A DNA stretch of 64,000 bases, taken from an uncultured Gemmatimonadales bacterium (GTDB lineage Bacteria; Gemmatimonadota; Gemmatimonadetes; Gemmatimonadales; GWC2-71-9). The position numbers and the translations under genes are program-made. The notes below the pieces were generated by a model, which had not been told where the DNA came from, searched no databases, and saw only the letters and a list, made by a program, of their open reading frames with translations. This document shows positions 10,780-19,470 of this stretch, piece after piece (position 1 is the first letter of the stretch; each line of letters begins with the position of its first letter). The DNA is taken from positions 1,216,001-1,280,000 of the forward strand of contig CAVUAK010000001.1 of NCBI GenBank assembly GCA_963739455.1, in the 5' to 3' direction.

Positions 10780-12200
10780 GACATCCCAAGGCCATTGGGT
10801 TCCTGCTGTTGATCCTGCCCTCGGTGTTGTGGGCTCAACGTCCGAAGCTTTCCGAGGGAGTGCGGATCTACGTGGCGAGTGACAGCGCTGTCGTCGCGAT
10901 CACCGGGGTCACCGTCATCGATGGCAAGGGAACACCGGCACTCGCCGGCCAGACGGTGGTGATCCGCGATGATCGCATCGCCGAGGTGGGGCCGGTGGCG
11001 AAGGTGAAGGTGCCGGCCGGGGCGCAGGTGGTGGACGGCAGCGGCATGACGCTCATTCCGGGCATCATCGGGTTGCACGACCACATGTACTACTCCGCGG
11101 CTGGCGGCGTGAATACCCAGATGAGCTTCACCGGTCCGCGACTCTACCTGGCGAGCGGTGTCACCTCGGTACGCACCACCGGCAGCATCTCGCCGTATGC
11201 CGACATCAACCTGAAGAAGTCCATCGAATCGGGGGATACGCCGGGACCGCGGATCCATATCACCTCGCCCTACCTGACCGGCGGTGCCGGCGGTGGTGAG
11301 ATGTTCGCGACCGACGAGCCGGCTGCGGCGAAGGCCTTCGTGACGTACTGGGCGCACGAGGGTGCGACGTGGATCAAGTTCTACGCTGACATCTCGAGGG
11401 CGTCCATGAAGGCGGCGATCGACGAGGCGCATCGCCTGGGCATCAAGACCACCGGTCACCTCTGCTCGGTGACTTTCAGGGAAGCAGTGGGGCTCGGCAT
11501 CGACGACTTGTCGCACGGCGCGTTCACTGCGACCGACTTCATTCCCGACAAGGAGCCGGACAAGTGTCCGCCCAACTCCTACAAGCTGCTGGATTCGCTT
11601 GCCTCGGGGGAAGGACCGGTCGCGACCAGCCTCATCGACCTGATGGTGCAGAAGAAGGTGTCGATGACCACCACAATGGCGGTGATCGAGGCGTTCTATC
11701 CCGGGCGTCCCGTGACGGACGAGCGCACGCTCGACCTGATGACGCCGGCGGTTCGCACGGCGTACATGGCGCAGCGTGCCTACATCGACACGACGAAGGC
11801 GTGGCTCTTCACACCGGCCGGTTTTGCGCGGGCGCTGGCGTTCGATAAGGCGTTCTTCGCCGCCGGGGGCATTCTCGGCAGCGGGGTCGATCCGACCGGT
11901 AACGGCGGCGCACTCCCCGGGTTCGGTGACCAGCGCGGCTATGAGCTGCTGCGTGAAGCAGGGCTCAACGCGGAGCAAGCGGTACAGGTGGTCAGCTACA
12001 ATGGTGCGCGCGTACTCGGCGTGGACGACAATCTCGGCACGGTGACCCAGGGCAAGATCGCCGACCTCGTGCTGCTGCGCGGCGACCTGGTCGCCGACCC
12101 GTCGGTCATTCGCAACGTGGTGATCGTATACAAGGACGGGGTCGCCTACGACCCGACAAGGCTCATCAAGGCGGTTCGCGGTCGCGTAGGCGTCAACTAG
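10776..12200 (+). CDS. Secreted amidohydrolase family protein (copy 1)
   Basis: Signal peptide; 'IPGIIGLHDH', 'WIKFY', 'TGHL', 'GKIADLVLL'; ATGA overlap with the oxidase. Confidence 0.88.
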   Translation: MRHPKAIGFLLLILPSVLWAQRPKLSEGVRIYVASDSAVVAITGVTVIDGKGTPALAGQTVVIRDDRIAEVGPVAKVKVPAGAQVVDGSGMTLIPGIIGLHDHMYYSAAGGVNTQMSFTGPRLYLASGVTSVRTTGSISPYADINLKKSIESGDTPGPRIHITSPYLTGGAGGGEMFATDEPAAAKAFVTYWAHEGATWIKFYADISRASMKAAIDEAHRLGIKTTGHLCSVTFREAVGLGIDDLSHGAFTATDFIPDKEPDKCPPNSYKLLDSLASGEGPVATSLIDLMVQKKVSMTTTMAVIEAFYPGRPVTDERTLDLMTPAVRTAYMAQRAYIDTTKAWLFTPAGFARALAFDKAFFAAGGILGSGVDPTGNGGALPGFGDQRGYELLREAGLNAEQAVQVVSYNGARVLGVDDNLGTVTQGKIADLVLLRGDLVADPSVIRNVVIVYKDGVAYDPTRLIKAVRGRVGVN

Positions 12201-12220
12201 ACATGGCCAACGGAGGCACA

Positions 12221-13645
12221 ATGAGCCATCGCAACGTATTCGCGTTCCTGTTGTGGATTCTGCCCGCTGCTGCGGCGGCACAGCGGCCCACGTTATCCGA
12301 CAACGTGCGCAAGTACGTCAGCAGCGACACGAACCTGGTCGCGATCACCGGCGTCACGATCATCAACGGCCGGGGCACGCCTGCAGTGCCGGGGCAGACG
12401 GTGGTGATCCGCGACGGGCGCATCGCCGAGGTGGGTGGGGCGACCAAGGTGAAGACGCCGGCCGGCGCACAGGTCGTGGATGGGACGGGCATGACGCTCA
12501 TCCCGGGCATCGTCGGGATGCACGATCACATGTTCTACACGGCGGCGGGCGGTGTGGGGGTCACGATGAGCTTCACCGGCCCGCGGCTCTACCTGGCAAG
12601 CGGGGTCACGTCGGTGCGAACGACCGGTACCCGGTCGCCGTACGCCGATATCAACCTCATGGCCGCCATTGATTCCGGGTTCGTCCCGGGACCGCGGATC
12701 CATGTCACCACGCCTTACCTGACTGGCCCGGAGGGCGGTGGGTCGATGTCCATCGCCGCCTCGCCGGAGCAGGCGCGCCGCTTCGTGGCGTACTGGGCGG
12801 CCGAGGGCGCCACGTGGGTCAAGTTCTACACCGACATCTCGCGCGCCTCGATGAAGGCGGCGATCGACGAGGCGCACAAGCAGGGTATCAAGGCGACCGG
12901 CCATCTTTGTTCGGTCACTTTTCAGGAAGCGATCGACCTGGGCATCGACGACTTCGCGCACAATGTGCTCACGGCCAGCGACTTCATTGCCGACAAGCAG
13001 CCGGACAAGTGCCCGAACAACCTGTACAAGCAGCTCGACTCGCTGGTGAGCGGCGACAGCCCGATGGCGAAGACGCTCATCCAGTCGATGATCTCGCACA
13101 AGGTATCGATGACGACGACGATGGCGATCTACGAGGCGCTTTCGCCCGGCCGGCCGGTGCAGGATGAGCGTTCGCTGGAGTTGATGACGCCGGTCGTTCG
13201 TGCCGCCTACGTGAAGAACCGTGCCTACATCGACTCGATGCCGGGATACATGTTCACCAAGGATGGCTTTGCGAGGGCGCTCGCCTTCGACAAGGCGTTC
13301 TACGCGGCAGGTGGTGTCATGGCGAGCGGCGTGGACCCGACCGGGAATGGCGGGGCACTGCCGGGCTTCGGTGACCAGCGCGGCTACGAGCTGTTGCGCG
13401 AGTCGGGGCTGACGGCGGAGCAGGCAGTGCAGGTGGTGAGCTTCAATGGCGCGAAGATTCTCGGCGTCGACTCGAAGCTTGGCTCGGTGGAGAAGGGCAA
13501 GATTGCCGACCTGGTGCTGCTCAAGGGCGACCTGGTGGCCGATCCATCGGTGATCCGGAACGTGGTGACGGTATACAAGGACGGCGTCGCGTACGATCCG
13601 ACGAAACTGATCGACGCCGTGCGCGGCCGGGTGGGTGTCGATTGA
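12221..13645 (+). CDS. Secreted amidohydrolase family protein (copy 2, tandem paralog)
   Basis: Same motifs ('IPGIVGMHDH'); colinear with copy 1. Confidence 0.88.
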   Translation: MSHRNVFAFLLWILPAAAAAQRPTLSDNVRKYVSSDTNLVAITGVTIINGRGTPAVPGQTVVIRDGRIAEVGGATKVKTPAGAQVVDGTGMTLIPGIVGMHDHMFYTAAGGVGVTMSFTGPRLYLASGVTSVRTTGTRSPYADINLMAAIDSGFVPGPRIHVTTPYLTGPEGGGSMSIAASPEQARRFVAYWAAEGATWVKFYTDISRASMKAAIDEAHKQGIKATGHLCSVTFQEAIDLGIDDFAHNVLTASDFIADKQPDKCPNNLYKQLDSLVSGDSPMAKTLIQSMISHKVSMTTTMAIYEALSPGRPVQDERSLELMTPVVRAAYVKNRAYIDSMPGYMFTKDGFARALAFDKAFYAAGGVMASGVDPTGNGGALPGFGDQRGYELLRESGLTAEQAVQVVSFNGAKILGVDSKLGSVEKGKIADLVLLKGDLVADPSVIRNVVTVYKDGVAYDPTKLIDAVRGRVGVD

Positions 13646-14505
13646 TCGTCGCCTTCCTGGGACTGGGCCAGATGGGGCAGCCCATTGCACGAAACCTCGT
13701 GACGGGTGGCTTCGATGTCCGCACCTGGAATCGTTCTGGCGGCGCGGTGGAGGGAGCGACAGCTTGCCGCACGATCGAGGAGGCGGTGCGTCCAGCCGCT
13801 GTGGTCATCACGATGCTGTCGGAAGACGCCGCTGTGCGTGCCGTCACCTTCGGTGAGGGAAAGCTCGCGGCAAGCCTCCGACCGGGCGGCATTCATGTCG
13901 GCATGAGCACGATCTCGGTGGCGCTCGCTGCGGAACTGGCCACGACGCACGCAGAGGGCGGCCAGCGATACGTCAACGCCCCCGTGTTCGGCCGCCCGGA
14001 CCGGGCAGCATCGAAGCAACTGTTCGTCGTGCCGGGCGGGAACGCGGCTGATATCACGGAGCTGGCGCCTCTCTTCGCTGCCGTGGGCCAGGGGACCTTC
14101 CCGATGCCCGGTGCGGCGGAGTCGGCGATCGCAAAGCTGTGCGGCAATTTCATGCTCGCGGCCCTGCTCGAGTCGCTGGGTGAAGCGCTTACACTGGGAG
14201 AGAAGGGTGGCGTGCCGCCCGAGCAGCTCCTGGGAATGCTTACCGGAACGCTTTTCGGCATCCCGGTGGTGCACGGCTATGGCGGCATGATTGCACGGCA
14301 GCAGTTCAAGCCTGCGGGCTTCGCATTGCCGCTCGGGTTGAAGGACATGAAGCTCGTCCTCGAGGCAGGCGGAGGCCTGGAGGTACCCCTCCCCCTTGCC
14401 GACCTTTTGCGGACGCGCTTCCTCCAGGCGATGGCGCAGGGCAAGGGCGACCTCGACTGGTCGGGCATGACCACGGTTATCAGGGAAAGCGCAGGCCTCA
14501 AGTGA
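13642..14505 (+). CDS. NAD(P)-dependent oxidoreductase, 3-hydroxyisobutyrate dehydrogenase family
   Basis: 'FLGLGQMG', 'WNRS', 'MSTIS', 'APVFG', 'KLCGNF', 'LGLKDMKL'. Confidence 0.9.
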   Translation: MIVAFLGLGQMGQPIARNLVTGGFDVRTWNRSGGAVEGATACRTIEEAVRPAAVVITMLSEDAAVRAVTFGEGKLAASLRPGGIHVGMSTISVALAAELATTHAEGGQRYVNAPVFGRPDRAASKQLFVVPGGNAADITELAPLFAAVGQGTFPMPGAAESAIAKLCGNFMLAALLESLGEALTLGEKGGVPPEQLLGMLTGTLFGIPVVHGYGGMIARQQFKPAGFALPLGLKDMKLVLEAGGGLEVPLPLADLLRTRFLQAMAQGKGDLDWSGMTTVIRESAGLK

Positions 14506-16619
14506 TGTACATGGTGTCGCCTCGTACGAGCGCCGCCGTAGTTGCGGCGCTTCTCTTTTCGGCCCCGCTTGTGGCGCAGTCGCCGCCGGTGGCGAAGAAG
14601 GTGCCTCATGTCACCCAGCCGCACGGATACCATGTCGAGGACGACTACTTCTGGCTCCGCGAGCGGGAGAATCCCGAGGTGCTCACATACCTTGCGGCCG
14701 AGGACGCGTACGCGGATGCGATGATGGCCGGCACGGTGGCGCTGCAGGACACGCTGTACAAGGAGATGCTGGGCCGCATCAAGGAGACGGACGAGAACGT
14801 TCCCTACCGGCGCGACGGCTGGTTCTACTACACCCGCACGGAAGAGGGAAAGCAGTACCCCATCTTCGCCCGCCGGCACGGGAGCATGGACTCGGCGGAG
14901 CAGGTGACACTGGACCTCAACGTGATTGGTGAGGGCAAGGCATTTGTTGGCATCGGCGCCTACGCGCCGAGCGACGATGGGAACAAGCTCGCGTTCACGC
15001 TCGACACCACCGGATACCGGCAGTATGTCCTGTTCGTGAAGGACCTTCGCACCGGTGTGCTCAGTGCGCCGATGGCGGAGCGAATTGATGAGGTGGCGTG
15101 GTCGACCGATGGCACGACGCTGATGTACGCGCAGGAGGACTCGATCACCAAGCGCACTTACCTGGCGGTGCGGCAGAAGCTGGATGGGAAGCCGGAAGTC
15201 GTGTTCGAGGAAAAGGACGACCTGTACGAACTGGGTGTCACCCGCACCCGCAGCAAGGCGTACTTCCTGATCGAGTCGTCGAGCGCCACGACGACGGAAG
15301 TCCGCTACGTGCCTGCGAACCGGCCGCAGGAGCCGGCGAAGGTCATCGCGCCCAGGGTCGACGAGCAGGAGTATTCGGTGGATCATGCGGGCTCGGCCTT
15401 CCTGATCCTCACCAACGACAAGGGCCGCACCTTCAGGCTGGTCTCGGCGCCGGTGACGAGCCCCGGTCGGGCCAACTGGAAGGAACTGATCCCGAACCGC
15501 CCGACCACCATGCTCGAGGACGCGGACGCGTTCTCGGACCACATGGTCACGACGGAGCGGGAGGACGGACTGGTACATTTCCGCGTGCGGGACCTCAGTG
15601 GTGGGGCGCCGAGAGACATCAGCTTCCCCGAGCCAACTTACTCGGCGCACGCAGCCCAGAATTACGAGTTCATCACACCCCTGTTCCGCTTTGCGTATAC
15701 CTCGCTGGTAACGCCACTGTCGTTGTACGACTACAACGTGAAGACCGGCGAACGGACACTGCTCAAGCGCCAGCCGGTGCTCGGCGGGTACGACCCCGAC
15801 AATTACACGTCGGAGCGGGTCTGGGCCACCGCGGGGGATGGCACGAAGGTGCCGATCTCCCTGGTATACCGGAAGGAGCTGGTGCGGAACGGCCAGCGCC
15901 CGATGCTGCTCGAGGGCTACGGGTCATACGGCTACCCGAACGACGTCTCCTTCTCCTCGAACAACGTGAGCCTGCTTGACCGGGGCATGATCATCGCCAC
16001 GGCGCATGTGCGCGGGGGCGGTGAAATGGGGAAGCCGTGGCACGACGGCGGCCGGATGATGACCAAGATCAACACCTTCACCGATTTCATCGAGTCGGCG
16101 GAGTTCCTGGTCGCGCAGGGCTACACGTCGCCGGACCGGCTGGTGATTACCGGTGGCAGTGCCGGCGGGTTGCTGATGGGGGCGGTCACGAACATGCGGC
16201 CCGACCTCTTTCGCGCCGTTGTCACCTACGTGCCGTTCGTGGACGTGATGAACACGATGCTCGACGCATCGATTCCGCTCACGACCGGCGAGTACCTGGA
16301 GTGGGGCAACCCGAACGAGAAGGCGGCCTACGACTACATGGTGCGGTACTCGCCCTATGACAACATCGCGGCGAAGTCCTACCCGGCGATCCTGGTGCGG
16401 AGCTCATTCAACGACAGCCAGGTGCCCTACTGGGAGCCATCCAAGTACGTGGCCCGCATGCGGGTGCTCAAGACGGACTCGAACCCGCTACTGTTCAAGA
16501 TCAAGCTGCAGCCGGGCGGGCATGGGGGCGCGTCCGGCCGGTATGATCACTTGCACGACGAGGCCTTCGACTTCGCCTTCATCCTGAAGCAACTGCCGCC
16601 GCAACCGGCCGTTCCGTAG
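14502..16619 (+). CDS. ptrB: Oligopeptidase B (peptidase S9A), secreted
   Basis: 'PPVAKK..DDYFWLR', GGSAGG nucleophile, 'DSQVPYWEP', 'GHGGASGR'. Confidence 0.93.
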   Translation: MMYMVSPRTSAAVVAALLFSAPLVAQSPPVAKKVPHVTQPHGYHVEDDYFWLRERENPEVLTYLAAEDAYADAMMAGTVALQDTLYKEMLGRIKETDENVPYRRDGWFYYTRTEEGKQYPIFARRHGSMDSAEQVTLDLNVIGEGKAFVGIGAYAPSDDGNKLAFTLDTTGYRQYVLFVKDLRTGVLSAPMAERIDEVAWSTDGTTLMYAQEDSITKRTYLAVRQKLDGKPEVVFEEKDDLYELGVTRTRSKAYFLIESSSATTTEVRYVPANRPQEPAKVIAPRVDEQEYSVDHAGSAFLILTNDKGRTFRLVSAPVTSPGRANWKELIPNRPTTMLEDADAFSDHMVTTEREDGLVHFRVRDLSGGAPRDISFPEPTYSAHAAQNYEFITPLFRFAYTSLVTPLSLYDYNVKTGERTLLKRQPVLGGYDPDNYTSERVWATAGDGTKVPISLVYRKELVRNGQRPMLLEGYGSYGYPNDVSFSSNNVSLLDRGMIIATAHVRGGGEMGKPWHDGGRMMTKINTFTDFIESAEFLVAQGYTSPDRLVITGGSAGGLLMGAVTNMRPDLFRAVVTYVPFVDVMNTMLDASIPLTTGEYLEWGNPNEKAAYDYMVRYSPYDNIAAKSYPAILVRSSFNDSQVPYWEPSKYVARMRVLKTDSNPLLFKIKLQPGGHGGASGRYDHLHDEAFDFAFILKQLPPQPAVP

Positions 16620-16626
16620 CCGGTAC

Positions 16627-17274
16627 TCAGGCCCGGAGGAGAGCGAGGATATCCCCGGGCTTCTCGATCCAGTGGTCGGGCTTCGACGGTTCCAGGTCGG
16701 CCCGTCCAAACGGCCCCCACAGTACCGCCGCTGTTTCCACTCCCGCCGCCCGCCCCGAATTCATGTCGTGCACGCTATCGCCAAAGAACACTGCCCGCTC
16801 CGGCCGCGCACCGAGAAGCTCGAGTGCCTTCAGCACCGGCTCCGGATGCGGCTTGGGATGGACCACATCGTCGGCGCAGACCAGGACCTCGATGTATGGC
16901 GTGAGCCCGGTCAGGTCGAGGCCGCGAAGCGCGCCCTGGCGGTTCTTGCTGGTGACGAGTGCGGTGCGATAGCCGTCGGCTCGCACGGCCCGCAGCACCT
17001 CGGGGATGCCGTCGTAGACGGTGACCATCGAGTCATGGTGCGCCAGGTTATAGTCGCGATAAGTCGAGACAAGTTCCTCGAGGATTCCGCTCCCGTCATT
17101 CCACTCGGCGAACTGCACACGGAGTGGGGTGCCGACGCCGCGCAGCCAGGCCTCATCGCTTCGCGCCGGGATGCCGTGGACCCGGAGGGTATGGTGATAG
17201 CTGTCCAGGATCAGCTGCACCGAATCGATGAGCGTCCCGTCGAGGTCGAAAAGCAGCGTGTCGTAGCGGTTCAT
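16627..17274 (-). CDS. HAD-IA family hydrolase (PpaX/Gph-like)
   Basis: 'FDLDGTLIDS', 'VTSK', 'KPHPEP', 'GDSVHD'. Confidence 0.92.
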   Translation of the reverse strand: MNRYDTLLFDLDGTLIDSVQLILDSYHHTLRVHGIPARSDEAWLRGVGTPLRVQFAEWNDGSGILEELVSTYRDYNLAHHDSMVTVYDGIPEVLRAVRADGYRTALVTSKNRQGALRGLDLTGLTPYIEVLVCADDVVHPKPHPEPVLKALELLGARPERAVFFGDSVHDMNSGRAAGVETAAVLWGPFGRADLEPSKPDHWIEKPGDILALLRA

Positions 17275-19470
17275 GGCCGCCAAACGTATCGCGTCGCTGC
17301 GGGAACGGAAGCTCGCCGTCGCGAATGATGATGAGGCCGCTAAGGCGGGCGCCGAGCAGGCCGTTGCCACTCGATGATGCCGGCAGGCTCGACAGGCGAG
17401 CGAGCAAGTCGGCGTCCGCGGCAGCCGAGAGTTGCTGGATCAGCATTCGTTCACCGGCGGTGTGGCCACCGCCGACAAAGCGGATGGCATGTTCCACCAT
17501 CGCCAGTGTCTCCCGGTCCCGGGCACGACTCGCGGGGCGCGCCAGCGCATAGAGCCGCTGCAACAGGGTGCGTGCAGCAACGTCACCCCGGCGCCACCAC
17601 GCGGCCGCCTCGTGTTGCCGGAGCAGGTCGCGCACCCGGGCGGCGAGCCAGGCCAGCGCGGCCCGCCGTTCAGTGCGCGTCACGCTCATGGCGTCGTTCT
17701 GGGTAGCGGCCCATTTGAGGATCGGCACCGCTTCCGCCTCGGTGCCCTGAGTATTGTCGGCACCGGTCCACAGGAGTGACCGGCCCACGATGTTTCCAGG
17801 AGGGCCACGCTGTGCACCTTCCTCCACGATCTCGATGCCCGCCAGCAGGGCTGGCCCAGTTCCCCGTATCGCCGCCACGCCGGCCAGGCGCGGGCCGTCA
17901 CCCAGGTCATGGGCGAGTGCCTCACGCCAGCGCCAGATGCTGTCGGCACCCCCGCCTATCCCAATCCGCGTCGGCAACGCCCGCTTGCGATCGAGAATTC
18001 CCGCCAGTTGCAGCCGCTCTTCAAGCGCGCGCGAGACCGGGATGACATGGCTCGTGCTCAGGTGTGCGTTGATGCCGCGGCGACTCCGTCCCTCGCGCTG
18101 TTCCACACGGGCTGGGGTCCAGGGAAGGTCGTAGTGGACCACACGCCGCAGGCGCGCGAGGTCGAGACCTTCGGCGGCGACGTCGGTGCTGATGAGGTGG
18201 TGTGGTGCCAGCAGGCCTTGTGGCGCATCGCTCCGGAACCAGTCGAGCACCGTGCCTCGCGGTGCACGCAGTGCGCCGATGCCGGCGGTCGAGCCACAAC
18301 ACCACGCCGGCCGCAGCGCAGCGAGGCGATCACGCAGGTAGCGAACCGTTGCACGGCGCACGGAAAAGATGAGCGATGGTACGCCATCGGCGAGAAGCGT
18401 CCTGAGCTGTGCCACACGTGAATCGTCGGCGCGGCATGCGGTGCTGGCCTCCCGGCGAATGGCGGCGAGAGCGGGAAGGTCGGCGATGGAGAGAATGCAC
18501 TCTCCGGGGTCGGCGACCAGTTCCCAGAGCACGAGCTGTGCGTCGTCGGCGCCAGTGAACCGCTGGATGTCGCGCCGGGTGACGGCGCGCCCGGTGCGGG
18601 CAGCGTCCATGGCGTGCAGGAGGAGGCGCTCGTAGGCCGCGGTCGTCTCCGCCAGCGCGGCCGGGCTCGATGCCGCGGCGCGCCAGAACACCCGGCGCAG
18701 GAGTGCCGCAGCAGGCCGGTCGGCGGAGAGCTCGAGGGCATCAATGAGCTGGACGATGCCGTCCTCACCGCTCATGCGATCACCAGGTCGCTCAATGCCG
18801 GGTGTCCCAGTCCACTCGAAAGGAGCAGTGACAGCGACCCGATGCCACTCGGGGCCAGGGCGTCGTCGCGCACTGCGAGTCGCAGCTGGGCGCCGAGATC
18901 ATCCAGCCGGTTCACTACCGGGGTGGCCGACAACAGGAGCGCCCGCCTTCCAACGAGCCATGGGGCCACGGCGGCATAGCGTCGCGTCAGCGGGTTCCGG
19001 AAGTGGTGACTCTCGTCGATGATCACCATGCCCACTCCGACGGGCAGTGATCCACGGCTTGCCCTGGTGTGTGACACGATCTCTACCGGCACGCCGAGCG
19101 CGAGGGCGGTGCGTCGCCAGTGCGTGAGGAGCGGTGCCGGAGCGAGCACCGCCGTCGCGGCAGTGCCGTTGAAGTGCCGGGCCAGGGCGAGTGCGATCCA
19201 GGTCTTGCCGCTGCCGACCGGGGGCGCAAGCAGCGCCCCACCATGGTGCGTGATCGCATATCTCGCCCGCCGGAAGTGGACTTGCTGCGATTGCCAGAGC
19301 CACGCGGGCGGCGTCACCTCCGCCTCGGCGGGGAGGAGGCTGGCGGCGATCGCGCGCGCAATCGATGCCACCGGCGCCATGGGGCCCGCGCGCAACGCGG
19401 TGGACCATGGGTCGAGCACCTGTTGCAGCGCCTCAGCAACGATGCTCGGTGACAATCGCGGAGAGGGCAT
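17153..19470 (-). CDS. SNF2-like superfamily-2 helicase; two ORFs (19470-18772 and 18775-17153) joined by an ATGA overlap or frameshift; true 3' end uncertain
   Basis: Walker A 'PVGSGKT', 'IIDESHH', 'LLSATP'; C-terminal 'LIFS', 'STDVAAEGLDL', 'HYDLPWTPARVEQREGR'. Confidence 0.82.

Noticed and set aside
6382..15650. Long antisense ORFs (e.g. 6382-7851, 10737-12281, 12293-13690, 14277-15650)
   Set aside because: These are shadow ORFs expected opposite high-GC genes. They carry no recognisable motifs.
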